A stretch of DNA of 64,000 nt from Gammaproteobacteria bacterium (GTDB lineage: Bacteria > Pseudomonadota > Gammaproteobacteria > UBA1113). A model generated the notes under the pieces. That model was not told where the DNA came from. It worked only from the letters and a program-made list of their open reading frames with translations, and did not search any database. The stretch covers positions 7,199 to 71,198 of the forward strand of contig JAGVJQ010000032.1 in the NCBI GenBank assembly GCA_020051015.1, in the 5' to 3' direction. The position numbers and the translations under genes are program-made. This document shows, piece by piece, positions 49,447 through 60,722 of the stretch; position 1 is the stretch's first letter; every line of letters starts with the position of its first letter.

Positions 49447-50484
49447 CTAGGTAAACCACGGTGGCATTCTAAACTCAATTGCCAACCCAATCAACACTAT
49501 CCAAACAATGGTTACTGGAATTAACACTTTCCAGCCTAACTGCATGATTTGATCATAACGATAGCGTGGCAACGTACCGCGAATCCAAATAAATAACAAT
49601 AAGAAAAAGCCTAGTTTAGCTAAAAACCAAACAATACCTGGCACCCAAGCAAATATTGAATCTAATACCGGAATACCTTGAAATGGTGATAACCAACCAC
49701 CCCAAAAGAAAATCGTTGCTAAGGCAGCAACTAAAATCATATTGGCATATTCAGCCAGGAAAAACATCGCAAATCCCATGCTAGAATATTCAACATGAAA
49801 TCCCGCTACGATTTCTGACTCACCTTCAGCCATATCAAATGGTAAACGATTGGTTTCTGCTAACCCTGAGATCCAATAAACTAAAAACATAGGTAATAAT
49901 GGCAACCAAAACCAATGCCAAATACCACCTTGTTGACGAATGATAATATCTTGTAAATTAGTTGAGCCAGCGGCCATCAAAACACCCACTAAGGCAAAGC
50001 CCATAGCAATTTCATATGACACAACTTGCGCAGCAGAACGCATAGCACCAAAAAATGCATACTTGGAATTTGAGGCCCAACCCGCAATCAAAATTCCATA
50101 AACACCCAACGATGTCATGGCTAAAATATATAATAAACCTGCATTGATATTAGCAATCACCCACCCTTTATCAAATGGAATGACGGCCCATACTGCTAAC
50201 GCGGGTGCCATCGATAAAATTGGCGCTAATAAAAATAATACTGGATTAGCACTAGATGGATAAATTGGTTCTTTCAAAAATAATTTCACTGCATCGGCAA
50301 TCGGTTGTAATAATCCAAAATAACCAACACGGTTGGGCCCAATACGCGCTTGAATATAACCAATCACTTTTCGTTCAGCAAAAGTTAAATACGCCACTGC
50401 CAGCAATAATGGCACGATTACGATAATTATCTTGATTACAATCCAAATTAATGTAAGCAAATCATTCCACATGGTGTGTATCAC
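49447..50484 (-). CDS. nuoH: NADH-quinone oxidoreductase subunit H
   Basis: 345 aa; conserved NuoH/ND1 core. Confidence 0.9.
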   Translation of the reverse strand: MIHTMWNDLLTLIWIVIKIIIVIVPLLLAVAYLTFAERKVIGYIQARIGPNRVGYFGLLQPIADAVKLFLKEPIYPSSANPVLFLLAPILSMAPALAVWAVIPFDKGWVIANINAGLLYILAMTSLGVYGILIAGWASNSKYAFFGAMRSAAQVVSYEIAMGFALVGVLMAAGSTNLQDIIIRQQGGIWHWFWLPLLPMFLVYWISGLAETNRLPFDMAEGESEIVAGFHVEYSSMGFAMFFLAEYANMILVAALATIFFWGGWLSPFQGIPVLDSIFAWVPGIVWFLAKLGFFLLLFIWIRGTLPRYRYDQIMQLGWKVLIPVTIVWIVLIGLAIEFRMPPWFT

Positions 50485-52849
50485 TCCGCTGGAGACTTAA
50501 TGCGCCAAATGACGCTGACAAATCAGATGTTAAACCAAAACCGGCTGGGATATAAACGGTGTTATCTGGCATATCATCGCACAATTCAACTGGTAATATT
50601 ACTTCGCAATCATCTTGTTTAATTGCTACACGACTATCTGCAGATAGTTGCAATCTATTGGCTAAAGTAACTGGCATACGAGCAACTGGTATTTCATTAA
50701 TAACGGCAGCTTGCAACGCTGGCGCGCGACGTACAATATTATCTGCTCGATAAATTGGCCATTCAGTTAATCGCTCAATACCCTCAATAATGGGAGGTAT
50801 TGTTGTAGGAGTATGTAGTGTATGTGTGTGTGATGGTTGATTCTCCGCCACGATACGATTCACTTCATCATGAATTTCTTCTGATGATTGGTAATCAAAA
50901 TGTTCTAAATCAAGCAAATTACCCAATACTCGCAGAATTTTCCATGCAGGTCGCGCTTCACCTTGTGCAGGGACCACACCATTAAAACGTTGCCATTTTC
51001 CTTCAGCATTAATATAGGTACCCGATGTTTCAGTAAATGGCGTGCTTGGCAATAATACCTCAGCATACGCCGCAACTTTATGTGAGAAAAATGGGGTAAT
51101 TGCAACAACAAAATCAGCGGCAACCATAGCCTTATTAGCCAATTGTGGATTAGCACAATCTAAATCTGGCTCCACATTTAATAATACATAGGCGGCTAAT
51201 TTAGCTTGCAACATTTGTTGTACATCTAATCCTGGATTGGATAGATGCTTCATATTGATACCACGATGTGGCACTGCACCGACTATCCATGCACCAGCAC
51301 CATTTGCACCAGGTGTTAAGAATCCAACATGAGCGTGTGTCATTTTGGCAATAATATTTGCTAAATATGTTATGGTACCCGCATGCATATGATTTTGTGC
51401 AATTGCGCCCAGTATAATTATTTTTTTGCTTTCTTGTTTTAATTGTTTAGCAAGTTCAACTGCAAATTCGCTGGGTTTAACATTCTGTACTAACTTATTA
51501 ACTTCTACTGCTGGCGCTGCAACACCATTATCCAACAAAGCTTTAATCACTTCAGCCAATGCTTGAGGCATTGCGCTAGGTTTAACAATTTGTTTGCCTT
51601 TCATTGGAAAACGGAAAGGATAATCTACTGGATTGATTGCAAATATCGCACTACCCTGCAATGCCGCAGTACGTACACGATGTGCACCAATAGGTTGTTC
51701 ACGAGAAATATGTGAACCAATCAATACAATGGTATCTTGTCCTTCGAATGATTCTAAACTCATATGTAAGCCAGGATAGAGTGGCATACTGTGTTGCGCA
51801 GAAAAGTCCATTTGTTGCAAACGATGATCAATATTATGACTACCCAGTTGACGTATTAATTTTTGTAATAAATGCGCTTCTTCCAGGGTTGCTGTTGGTG
51901 ATAATAAAGCACCAATTTTATCTGCACCTTTTTCGCGAATAACTTGTTGTAATCTTTCGGCGACGCGTTTTAATGCGGTTGGCCAATTGACTACTTGCCA
52001 TTCGCCATTTTCTTTAATCATCGGTTGCAATAAACGCTCATCATCATTTAAGGCTTCATAACTAAAACGATCACGGTCCGACAACCATGTTTCATTAATT
52101 GCTTCATTTTCACGTGGTGCAACGCGTAATACTCGCTGTCTTAAGATGTGCGTATAAATATTGGAGCCGATACAATCATGCGGCGCAATAGTTGGCATTT
52201 GCTCCATTTCCCATGCTCGTGCACGAAAACGAAATGGCTTGGAAGTTAGCGCGCCAACTGGGCATAGATCAATAATATTACCTGATAATTCAGAAACTAA
52301 ACTACGCTCAACGCATGTTCCAATTTCAGATGTTTCCCCACGACCTAAGGTTCCAAGCTCTTGTACGCCAGCAATTTCTTCAGTAAAACGAACACAACGC
52401 GTGCAAAGAATACAACGTGTCATGTCAGTACCAATTAACGATCCAAGGCTTTTATCTTTAACTGAGCGTTTACCTTCGTTATAACGAGAAACGTCTTTAC
52501 CATAACCCATCGAAATATCTTGTAATTCACATTCACCACCTTGATCGCAAATCGGGCAATCTAATGGGTGGTTAATCAGTAAAAATTCCATTACTGATTT
52601 TTGCGCATCAATTGCTTTAGCTGAATGTGTACGAACAATCATTCCATCCGTTACTGGTGTTGCACAGGCTGGTAATGGTTTACCTGACTTTTCTACATCG
52701 ACCAGACACATACGGCAATTAGCGGCAATGGATAATTTTTTATGGTAGCAAAAACGCGGAATACGAATATCCGCTTGATCAGCTACTTCTATAATCATTT
52801 TCCCAGGCTCTACCTGGAATTTTTTACCATCTATTTCGACTTCAATCAT
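50462..52849 (-). CDS. nuoG: NADH-quinone oxidoreductase subunit G
   Basis: 795 aa; N-terminal 2Fe-2S and 4Fe-4S cysteine clusters ([15 protein letters not shown]...). Confidence 0.9.
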   Translation of the reverse strand: MIEVEIDGKKFQVEPGKMIIEVADQADIRIPRFCYHKKLSIAANCRMCLVDVEKSGKPLPACATPVTDGMIVRTHSAKAIDAQKSVMEFLLINHPLDCPICDQGGECELQDISMGYGKDVSRYNEGKRSVKDKSLGSLIGTDMTRCILCTRCVRFTEEIAGVQELGTLGRGETSEIGTCVERSLVSELSGNIIDLCPVGALTSKPFRFRARAWEMEQMPTIAPHDCIGSNIYTHILRQRVLRVAPRENEAINETWLSDRDRFSYEALNDDERLLQPMIKENGEWQVVNWPTALKRVAERLQQVIREKGADKIGALLSPTATLEEAHLLQKLIRQLGSHNIDHRLQQMDFSAQHSMPLYPGLHMSLESFEGQDTIVLIGSHISREQPIGAHRVRTAALQGSAIFAINPVDYPFRFPMKGKQIVKPSAMPQALAEVIKALLDNGVAAPAVEVNKLVQNVKPSEFAVELAKQLKQESKKIIILGAIAQNHMHAGTITYLANIIAKMTHAHVGFLTPGANGAGAWIVGAVPHRGINMKHLSNPGLDVQQMLQAKLAAYVLLNVEPDLDCANPQLANKAMVAADFVVAITPFFSHKVAAYAEVLLPSTPFTETSGTYINAEGKWQRFNGVVPAQGEARPAWKILRVLGNLLDLEHFDYQSSEEIHDEVNRIVAENQPSHTHTLHTPTTIPPIIEGIERLTEWPIYRADNIVRRAPALQAAVINEIPVARMPVTLANRLQLSADSRVAIKQDDCEVILPVELCDDMPDNTVYIPAGFGLTSDLSASFGALSLQRSDTHHVE

Positions 52850-52927
52850 GGGTCAAACCTAAATTATATGCATTTAAAAAAATCGCAAAATGAGCATGTT
52901 CAATATGCCCTACACCAATCTCATGCA

Positions 52928-53026
52928 CCCCTTCGGTGCCTACTTCATACTCCCCCCTCCCCGCGAAGCGCGGGAGAGCGCAGCGAGGGGGGCGAAGCCG
53001 ATGGGGAGAGGGGTCTAATCCACCAT
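52928..53026. repeat. GC-rich REP-like element between nuoF and nuoG, overlapping the nuoF stop
   Basis: ctcccccctccccgcgaagcgcgggagagcgcagcgaggggggcgaagccgatggggagaggggtctaatccacc. It has the same gcgggggagggg core, in opposite orientation, as the element at 10955-11115, and it ends with the taatccacc half-site. Confidence 0.75.
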
Positions 53027-54292
53027 ACAGCGTTTATGCTCAATATGATATTCAAACTCAGGCCGGTAATACTTCATAAAACTAACGACAGGTAATGCAA
53101 TAGAATCAGCCAATACACAAATGGTGCGACCAGACATTTTCATTGCAACATCGGTCAATAGTTCTAAATCTTTTGCTGTACCATGTCCATGCTCAATACG
53201 ATGTAATACTCGTTCTAACCAACCTGTACCTTCACGACATGGTGTACATTGGCCACATGATTCTTCATGATAAAACTCAGCATTTCGCAATAACACTTTT
53301 ACCATGCAAGTAGAATCATCCATGACGATCACGGCACCAGAACCTAACATTGAACCTGACTTAGAAATACAATCGTAATCCATCGTCATGTCCATCATCA
53401 TGTCACCTGGTATCACTGGCGCTGACGAACCACCAGGAATAACGGCTTTTAATTTTTTACCGTCACGCATTCCGCCTGCTAACTCTAACAATTGTGAGAA
53501 TGGCGTACCCAATGGAATTTCATAATTACCTGGCTTATTAACATGACCAGACACAGAGAAAATTTTGTAGCCGCCATTATTTGGCTTACCTAATTCCAAA
53601 AACCAATTGCCACCATTATTTAAAATCACAGGCACAGAAGCAAATGTTTCAACGTTATTAATCGTTGTTGGACGGCCATATAAACCAAAGTTAGCTGGAA
53701 ACGGTGGTTTAAATCGTGGTTTACCTTGCTTACCTTCCAATGACTCCAGTAATGCAGTTTCTTCACCACAAATATAAGCCCCTGCCCCAACATGAAAATG
53801 TATTTGGCAATCAAAACCAGAACCTAAAATATTCTTGCCGAGGTATCCAGCCGCACGAGCTTCTTCTAATGCTTTTGCAACGCGTTCAATTGGCTCATAA
53901 AATTCACCGCGAATATAAATATATGCATCTGTTGCGCCGACGACATAACACGCAATAATGATACCTTCTAGCAATTGATGCGGATTAAAGCGCAAAATAT
54001 CACGATCTTTAAATGTACCTGGCTCACCTTCATCGGCATTACATACTACATATTTTGGTGCTGGTGTGCTTGGTGAAATGAAACTCCATTTAAGGCCAGT
54101 GGGAAATCCTGCCCCACCGCGACCACGTAGTGATGATAATTTTAATTGCTCGACAATGTCCTGGGCCGGCACTTTATTTTGCAAAATGTGTTTTAATGCT
54201 TTGTACCCATCGGCTTGCTCATAGGTAGCCAACGTCCAGGGTTTATCCATTTGCAACGTTCGGAAACAGATTTTGTTAAGCTCTATGCTCAT
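53015..54292 (-). CDS. nuoF: NADH-quinone oxidoreductase subunit F
   Basis: FMN- and NADH-binding glycine-rich motifs; 4Fe-4S ligands CGQCTPCREG. Confidence 0.9.
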   Translation of the reverse strand: MSIELNKICFRTLQMDKPWTLATYEQADGYKALKHILQNKVPAQDIVEQLKLSSLRGRGGAGFPTGLKWSFISPSTPAPKYVVCNADEGEPGTFKDRDILRFNPHQLLEGIIIACYVVGATDAYIYIRGEFYEPIERVAKALEEARAAGYLGKNILGSGFDCQIHFHVGAGAYICGEETALLESLEGKQGKPRFKPPFPANFGLYGRPTTINNVETFASVPVILNNGGNWFLELGKPNNGGYKIFSVSGHVNKPGNYEIPLGTPFSQLLELAGGMRDGKKLKAVIPGGSSAPVIPGDMMMDMTMDYDCISKSGSMLGSGAVIVMDDSTCMVKVLLRNAEFYHEESCGQCTPCREGTGWLERVLHRIEHGHGTAKDLELLTDVAMKMSGRTICVLADSIALPVVSFMKYYRPEFEYHIEHKRCMVD

Positions 54293-54786
54293 TTCAAACT
54301 ATCCAACAGTTCATTCGCTTTTTCAGGCGTAATATTTTCGTGATAATCACGGTCAATCATAACCGCAGGCGCGCCACCACAAGCTGCTAAACATTCAGCT
54401 TTTTTCAGGGTAATACGTCCATCCGGCGTCGTTTCACCGACTTTAATTTTTAAGTGTTTTTCCATATGTTCGAGTAATTCATCAGCACCACGCAACATAC
54501 AAGAAATACTGGTACAAACTTTTACTTTATGTCGACCAACGGGTTGTAAATCATACATCGAATAAAATGTTGCGACTTCATAAGCCTGTACCGGCGGTAA
54601 TCCTAAATAATTCGCAACCGCTTCAATTAATTCTGGCGATAACCATCCACCATTTGCATCTTGTGCAATATGTAATGCCGGCAATAATGCCGAACGTTTT
54701 TGTGCAGGCGGATATTTTGTTAACCATTGGTCAATCTCCGCACGTGAAGCTTCTGATAATAAGGAGGGTTTTTCTTGAGACATCAA
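54289..54786 (-). CDS. nuoE: NADH-quinone oxidoreductase subunit E
   Basis: 165 aa thioredoxin-like 2Fe-2S subunit. Confidence 0.9.
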   Translation of the reverse strand: MMSQEKPSLLSEASRAEIDQWLTKYPPAQKRSALLPALHIAQDANGGWLSPELIEAVANYLGLPPVQAYEVATFYSMYDLQPVGRHKVKVCTSISCMLRGADELLEHMEKHLKIKVGETTPDGRITLKKAECLAACGGAPAVMIDRDYHENITPEKANELLDSLK

Positions 54787-56036
54787 CGGTCAATCTCCCC
54801 AAATACAATATCTTGACTGGATAAAATGGCAACTACGTCTGCCAACAAATGACCACGAGACATTTCATCCAATGCTGCCAAGTGGCTAAAGCCCGGTGCA
54901 CGCACTTTTAATCGAAATGGTTTATTTGACCCATCCGATACTAAATACACACCAAATTCACCTTTAGGATGTTCTACTGCAGCATACGCTTCACCTATTG
55001 GAACGTGATAACCTTCAGTAAATAATTTGAAATGGTGAATTAATGATTCCATGTTATCTTTCATTTCTTCACGTGTAGGTGGTGTAATTTTATGATCTTG
55101 CAACATCACAGGGCCAGGATTTTTACGTAACCAATCAATACACTGTTTAATAATGCGATTGGACTGACGCATTTCTGCAACACGTACTAAATAACGATCA
55201 TAACAATCACCATTAACGCCAACCGGAATATCAAACTCTAATTGATCATAGACTTCATAAGGTTGTTTACGACGTAAATCCCAGGCCACACCTGAACCTC
55301 GTAACATGGGTCCAGTAAAACCTAATGCTAATGCACGTTCAGCCGATACTACCCCGATGTCAACTGTCCGTTGTTTCCAAATACGATTATCGGTTAATAA
55401 CGTTTCGTACTCATCAACTTTACCATCAAAACGTTGAGCGAAATTTTCAATAAAATCCAACAATGAACCTTGTCGATTTTCATTTAATTTTTTAATTTGT
55501 GCTTCACTACGCCAAGCGGATGCTTGATATTGAGGCATCGAAATTGGTAAATCACGGTAAACACCACCAGGACGATAATACGTGGCATGCATTCTGGCTC
55601 CAGAAACTGCTTCGTAACAATCCATCAAATCTTCGCGTTCACGAAATGCGTAGAGAAATACAGTCATCGCACCAATGTCTAACGCATGCGCACCTAACCA
55701 TAATAAATGGTTTAAAATACGGGTGATTTCATCAAACATCACTCGAATATATTGCGCACGTACTGGCGGTGCAATACCTAATAATTTTTCAATTGCTAGC
55801 ACATAGCCATGCTCATTACACATCATGGATACGTAATCGAGTCGATCCATATAACCAATACTTTGATTAAATGGTTTGGACTCAGCTAATTTTTCGGTAG
55901 CACGATGCAAAAGCCCAACATGGGGATCTGCACGTTTAATTACTTCACCTTCAAGCTCAAGCACTAATCGCAACACGCCATGCGCTGCTGGGTGCTGAGG
56001 ACCAAAGTTAAGTGTATAGTTACGAATATCTGCCAT
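54783..56036 (-). CDS. nuoD: NADH-quinone oxidoreductase subunit D (separate from C)
   Basis: 417 aa; begins [31 protein letters not shown]. Confidence 0.9.
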   Translation of the reverse strand: MADIRNYTLNFGPQHPAAHGVLRLVLELEGEVIKRADPHVGLLHRATEKLAESKPFNQSIGYMDRLDYVSMMCNEHGYVLAIEKLLGIAPPVRAQYIRVMFDEITRILNHLLWLGAHALDIGAMTVFLYAFREREDLMDCYEAVSGARMHATYYRPGGVYRDLPISMPQYQASAWRSEAQIKKLNENRQGSLLDFIENFAQRFDGKVDEYETLLTDNRIWKQRTVDIGVVSAERALALGFTGPMLRGSGVAWDLRRKQPYEVYDQLEFDIPVGVNGDCYDRYLVRVAEMRQSNRIIKQCIDWLRKNPGPVMLQDHKITPPTREEMKDNMESLIHHFKLFTEGYHVPIGEAYAAVEHPKGEFGVYLVSDGSNKPFRLKVRAPGFSHLAALDEMSRGHLLADVVAILSSQDIVFGEIDR

Positions 56037-56728
56037 TAACTTTTGTTCCCTTCTGGAAAATTAAGTTCAGCATAGCGGCTATCTTCACGAATCACTCGCG
56101 GTACTAATGTTCTTGGTTGAATGCTGACAGGCTCATAAACAACGCGCCCTTGGGTTGCGTCATAACGCATTTCAACATTACCAATTAAAGGAAAATCTTT
56201 TCGGAATGGATGACCAATAAAGCCATAATCAGTCAAAATACGACGTAAATCAGGATGACCCTTAAAGAAAATACCGTATAAATCAAATGCTTCACGTTCA
56301 AACCAATTTGCTGCCGGCCAGATCTCAACCACGCTATCAACGGCTGGGAAATCTTCATGTAAAAATGCTTTTAATCGTACTCGATGATTATGCTTAACTG
56401 AAAGAAGGTGATATACCGCAGCGAATCGTGCCGGCATGGCCCCTAACACTCGTACTTCTTGCTTACGATTAGCAGCACGCTCAAAACCAGTACCTGTTGC
56501 TTGATCAGTAACCCATTCGCTCATGCCATAGCTTTGGTAATCGACACCACATACATCGATTAATTCTTCAAAGTGTAAGTCCGGATCATCACGTAAAATA
56601 GTAGCAATCGCTTTTAAATGCTCAGGCATAATGCGAACCGTTAGCTGGCCACATTGAATATGCGTATCGTGAATATGTTCACCAATACGAGCTTGAATTA
56701 ATTGTTGTAAATCTTCAACTGAGGCCAT
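56036..56728 (-). CDS. nuoC: NADH-quinone oxidoreductase subunit C
   Basis: 230 aa 30 kDa subunit. Confidence 0.9.
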   Translation of the reverse strand: MASVEDLQQLIQARIGEHIHDTHIQCGQLTVRIMPEHLKAIATILRDDPDLHFEELIDVCGVDYQSYGMSEWVTDQATGTGFERAANRKQEVRVLGAMPARFAAVYHLLSVKHNHRVRLKAFLHEDFPAVDSVVEIWPAANWFEREAFDLYGIFFKGHPDLRRILTDYGFIGHPFRKDFPLIGNVEMRYDATQGRVVYEPVSIQPRTLVPRVIREDSRYAELNFPEGNKS

Positions 56729-56730
56729 GT

Positions 56731-57246
56731 TTATTCACCCTCACGGAAGAGACTATTCGTCCGTTTGATTTTGTTTTGCAACTGAATAATGCCATAAAGC
56801 AATGCCTCTGCCGTTGGTGGGCAGCCTGGCACATAAACATCAACCGGAACGATGCGATCACAACCGCGGACGACGGAATAGGAATAATGATAGTAGCCGC
56901 CACCATTCGCACAGGACCCCATGGAAATAACCCAACGCGGTTCTGCCATTTGATCGTAAACTTTGCGTAATGCAGGTGCCATTTTATTACATAATGTACC
57001 TGCCACAATCATCACATCAGATTGACGTGGACTTGGACGAAACATAATACCAAAACGATCTAAATCATAACGCGCCGCACCAGCATGCATCATTTCTACC
57101 GCACAACAAGCTAAGCCAAAGGTCATTGGCCACATTGAACCGGTACGAGCCCAATTGACTAACTTATCAACGCTGGTAGTTAAAAAACCTTGATGTTGGA
57201 TGTTTTGCAAGTTTTCTACTCCCATTCGAGCGCTCCTTTTTTCCAT
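56731..57246 (-). CDS. nuoB: NADH-quinone oxidoreductase subunit B
   Basis: CCAVEMM and GxCxxGGG iron-sulfur motifs; 171 aa. Confidence 0.9.
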   Translation of the reverse strand: MEKRSARMGVENLQNIQHQGFLTTSVDKLVNWARTGSMWPMTFGLACCAVEMMHAGAARYDLDRFGIMFRPSPRQSDVMIVAGTLCNKMAPALRKVYDQMAEPRWVISMGSCANGGGYYHYSYSVVRGCDRIVPVDVYVPGCPPTAEALLYGIIQLQNKIKRTNSLFREGE

Positions 57247-57572
57247 TCAAAAATGAAGCCCACGATCAAGATGGCAAGAAATACCATCATGGAAATAAAA
57301 CCAAACCAACCAATATTGCGAATCGCCACTGCCCAGGGGAAAAGAAAAGCCGTTTCTAAATCAAAAATGATAAAAAGTAATGCAACTAAATAATAGCGTA
57401 CATCAAATGGCAAACGTGCATCTTCAAATGCAGGAAAGCCACACTCAAAGGGTGATTGTTTTTCGGCATTCGGTTTGTAAGGACCGATGATTCTATTAAT
57501 AATAAGCGGCAGCATGGCTATCGCCACACCGATCCCCATAAAAATCAATATCGGCAAGTAATTTGTTAGCAT
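57216..57572 (-). CDS. nuoA: NADH-quinone oxidoreductase subunit A
   Basis: 118 aa, three TM helices; first gene of the operon. Confidence 0.9.
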   Translation of the reverse strand: MLTNYLPILIFMGIGVAIAMLPLIINRIIGPYKPNAEKQSPFECGFPAFEDARLPFDVRYYLVALLFIIFDLETAFLFPWAVAIRNIGWFGFISMMVFLAILIVGFIFEWKKGALEWE

Positions 57573-57708
57573 ATCGTCGCCTTATTCACTCAGAAATTTA
57601 CAAGATCTATTCTCTTCTGAAATGAATTAATACCCCTTCTTCCATTTCTCTCCCACTTCATGGGTGAGGGAAGCGAAGATAACAAATTCATTTGTGAGCA
57701 GTAATAGA

Positions 57709-57793
57709 TGGTGCCGAAGAGAGGACTCGAACCTCCACGGCTTGCGCCGCCACCCCCTCAAGATGGTGTGTCTACCAATTCCACCACTTCGGC
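57709..57793 (-). tRNA. tRNA-Leu (anticodon GAG), long variable arm
   Basis: The reverse complement reads GCCGAAGTGGTGGAATTGGTAGACACACCATCTTGAGGGGGTGGCGGCGCAAGCCGTGGAGGTTCGAGTCCTCTCTTCGGCACCA, with anticodon loop TTGAGGG and a type II variable arm. Confidence 0.88.
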
Positions 57794-57914
57794 AAGAGTT
57801 ACTTTTGTGGGGCATATTATTACCCGAAAAAAAGAATTTGTCACCTTTTAGCGCAGATAAATTTGTGCTAACTCTCTTTAAGCACAGTCGTGCTTTTTTT
57901 GAACAGCAATATGA

Positions 57915-58023
57915 GGTGGATTAGTGCCGTCAGGCACGTAATCCACCATCAAACTATCCTTCAATATGTTTAATTTGAATATCCAGCGGCGGTGGATTAC
58001 GAGCCTAGCGGCTCTAATCCACC
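57915..58023. repeat. two tandem REP-like hairpins with shared outer stems ggtggatta / taatccacc
   Basis: ggtggattagtgcc-gtca-ggcacgtaatccacc (57915-57947) and ggtggattacgagcc-tagc-ggctctaatccacc (57991-58023). They directly abut the stop of the upstream (minus-strand) phosphoesterase gene. Confidence 0.8.
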
Positions 58024-59460
58024 CTACTTTGTATGCGACGTTGTTGGGTGTTTATTTTTTGCACCATTAATCGACGCCACACACGCCTGATATCCTTTCT
58101 TGGTTTGATGTTGGAGCGCACACCAGTAATATGGCAGCCAATAGCCCTGTGTAATATATTGACTATCGGTATCCACACCATAATACTTTTGATATTGTTC
58201 TGCTCGCCAACCGGATTGTTCAATCGTTGAGTAGCCATTTAAAATACGACAGGGGTGACAGTATGGTTGATACACTTTATTAAAGTCATATTCTAACGTC
58301 CACGCTCCCGTCGGCTCATTCAAGTAATAAGTTTGGAAATTCTTTAGCTTCATCGAATGCGGATAATAGTCGTACACTTTAAACGCTGGATTATTGCCAT
58401 AAATTGGTGAAACAGCGGGAATAAATGTATTCAGCAAGCGCACACGATTATGTAAGTGTATTAACTGCGCTGCATCCATATGAATATGTGAAGTAATTAA
58501 AGCCGCAATCGTATCTGGATATTGATTAACCAATTTTAAAAAAGCTTCATTATACTGTGGTTGCCATAACATGGTTGTAGCTTTTTTATTCACTGTATAA
58601 TAAGCATCAACACCATTGGGGATATGGTATACCAACCAAACATGTTGTTTATTTTGTTTTGCACTTTGTAATTGTTGTTGCAGCCATGTTAATTCTTGTT
58701 GCGCAGCAGTTTTAATATTAGGGCCAATTGCAATAGCAGAAAATAATACCGTATTTAAAAATATAACCCGGTTGGTTTGTTTAGTCTTCGTTGGCAATGT
58801 TATTGCATAATAACCGGCCTGAGGAAACGTCTGCTCAAAAGATGCTTTATTTTTTACATCAGGAATCATACTTTGCCATAATTGCGTCATATTTTTATAA
58901 AAATCACCTTTTGGATCAGAATAATAATTTCCATCATAAGAATCATTATTCCCAAGTGCGATATAAACGGGCGTATCAGGGAATGTTTGTTGTAATTGTC
59001 CTTGCAAGTATTGATAAGTTTTATTTACAAATTGCTTATAATCTTGTAATGATTTATCTCCAGTAAATTGCTGAAAATTTTGTTGGTAGTTATGGGCTAA
59101 TAAATCCCCCGTTAACATCACAAAACGATAAGTCTTAGGTAATGCCTTGATTTGATTTAAAGTTGAATTCAATAATGCGGTGTTAGTATCTTCGCCATCT
59201 TGACTCGGGGTTTTTGCATCATATTTTTTCAAGATGCTGGCCCATTGTTCAGCTGGTGCAGCTTGTAATTTTTGAATCAAATCACAAGGTTGATTATTTG
59301 GTTGACATGTTTCAAATGGACTGAAATGAATATCACTCAACGCTAAAAATGTTGCCATGACTTTATTGCCACAGGCTGCAGTCGAGAAGAGTAATATTGA
59401 GACTAATAATAGGCTGGTAAGTAATCGCAATGTATTACCAAGTTTAAAAACATGCCGCAT
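58024..59460 (-). CDS. lipoprotein, calcineurin-like metallophosphoesterase (acid-sphingomyelinase-like phosphodiesterase family). The start is taken at MRHVFK.
   Basis: Lipobox LLFSTAAC. Metallophosphatase motifs LSDIHF, LTGDLLAHN, LGNNDS and YHIP/SHIHMD. Confidence 0.7.
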   Translation of the reverse strand: MRHVFKLGNTLRLLTSLLLVSILLFSTAACGNKVMATFLALSDIHFSPFETCQPNNQPCDLIQKLQAAPAEQWASILKKYDAKTPSQDGEDTNTALLNSTLNQIKALPKTYRFVMLTGDLLAHNYQQNFQQFTGDKSLQDYKQFVNKTYQYLQGQLQQTFPDTPVYIALGNNDSYDGNYYSDPKGDFYKNMTQLWQSMIPDVKNKASFEQTFPQAGYYAITLPTKTKQTNRVIFLNTVLFSAIAIGPNIKTAAQQELTWLQQQLQSAKQNKQHVWLVYHIPNGVDAYYTVNKKATTMLWQPQYNEAFLKLVNQYPDTIAALITSHIHMDAAQLIHLHNRVRLLNTFIPAVSPIYGNNPAFKVYDYYPHSMKLKNFQTYYLNEPTGAWTLEYDFNKVYQPYCHPCRILNGYSTIEQSGWRAEQYQKYYGVDTDSQYITQGYWLPYYWCALQHQTKKGYQACVASINGAKNKHPTTSHTK

Positions 59461-59532
59461 AATAACCAATTCCATAAGGACAATAGAAGCCCGTATTATA
59501 CAGTATTTGGCGAAAATTACGTCTTTAGATTA

Positions 59533-59650
59533 GGGGCTGTTTACAATTCTACTATGCTGGGCATAAAGCTTCGCTTTTTGGCGCTCCGCTGCGGTGCTCA
59601 AAAATCAAGTCTTTATGCCCAGCCTAGCGAATTATAAACAGACCCTAGGG
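59533..59650. repeat. MITE-like palindromic element, copy B (about 118 bp)
   Basis: ggggctgtttacaattctactatgctgggcataaagcttcgctttttggcgctccgctgcggtgctcaaaaatcaagtctttatgcccagcctagcgaattataaacagaccc. It lacks the approximately 28 bp internal duplication of copy A and overlaps the stop of the LysR gene. Confidence 0.85.
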
Positions 59651-60604
59651 CAAATAATGATAAAAATTATGTTGAATATTACTGCCAACATCTACTTGCT
59701 GCTCAGATATCAATTGTGATTTGATGTAATCCAAGAAAATTTGCAATTTTTTTGACACATTTTTATGTCGATATTGTGTCACATACACTTCAGCTTCTTG
59801 AAATTTTATTGGTTTTAACAAAGCAACCAATTCCTTTGTCTTTAAATATTTGCTAACCATAAACTCCGGGAGTAATGCAACCCCTATACCTGCGCGTGCC
59901 ATTTTTACGAGAAAATGTGCACGCGATGCATATAACTTACCATCAACATCGATGGCTTTTATTTTACCTTTTTCATAGTAAAACCATCGCTTAACAGGAT
60001 GTTCGTATAAATAATGTAATAAACAATTATGTTTGGTTAGATCGTTAATGGTTTTGAGAGTACCCGCTTTTTTAAGATATTCCGGTGAAGCACAAGGTAT
60101 TAATTTATATTTGCAATATAAGGTTGAAATTAATTTAGAACTAGTTAAGTCATTGTCAGTAAAATACAAGTCAAAATCCTGTTCTATCAAATCAATATCC
60201 GCGCTGGTGGTAAATGAGTGTAATTCAACTGAAATGTCAGGATTGATTTGCATAAACTTAGCAATCATTTGTGAAGCACGATAATCATTAGCAAAATACG
60301 AAGAAAAGCCAATTTTTAATTTACCTGTTGGGCGTGATTTATGCTCTGAAATTTCTTGAATGGCATCATCCAATGTAGCCGAAATTTCATTACATTGATT
60401 AAATAAAATTTTACCCGTTTCCGTCAATGATAGTTTTCGAGTTGTGCGTTTGATAAGTGGATTTTTTAATGCAGTTTCAAGGTTATTTAAACGACGACTC
60501 ACGGAAGGCTTTGATATTCCTAGTTTTTTTGCCGCACCACTCAAACTACCTGTTTTTATAACTTCTACAAAAAGCAGCACATCACTAATCATTTCTTGAT
60601 ACAT
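59645..60604 (-). CDS. LysR-family transcriptional regulator. The start is taken at MYQEM.
   Basis: N-terminal wHTH LLFVEVIKTGSLSGAAKKLGISKPSVSRRLNNLE; about 320 aa. Divergent from the hydrolase gene. Confidence 0.85.
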   Translation of the reverse strand: MYQEMISDVLLFVEVIKTGSLSGAAKKLGISKPSVSRRLNNLETALKNPLIKRTTRKLSLTETGKILFNQCNEISATLDDAIQEISEHKSRPTGKLKIGFSSYFANDYRASQMIAKFMQINPDISVELHSFTTSADIDLIEQDFDLYFTDNDLTSSKLISTLYCKYKLIPCASPEYLKKAGTLKTINDLTKHNCLLHYLYEHPVKRWFYYEKGKIKAIDVDGKLYASRAHFLVKMARAGIGVALLPEFMVSKYLKTKELVALLKPIKFQEAEVYVTQYRHKNVSKKLQIFLDYIKSQLISEQQVDVGSNIQHNFYHYLP

Positions 60605-60722
60605 AAACGCCTCAATTGATAACAATAATGAAACAATATGTTTCAATATTATCATATTGTTTCATAAATGACAAAATAATATACTATGGCCACCAAAAGC
60701 ATAAACCTTTTAGAGGCCCATC

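Noticed and set aside
56715-57008. 97 aa minus-strand ORF overlapping nuoB and nuoC
   Set aside because: It is an alternative frame of the conserved nuoB coding region, and the nuoB motifs are in the other frame.
57627-57815. 62 aa ORF on the minus strand
   Set aside because: It overlaps tRNA-Leu(GAG) on the same strand and is an artefact of the tRNA sequence.
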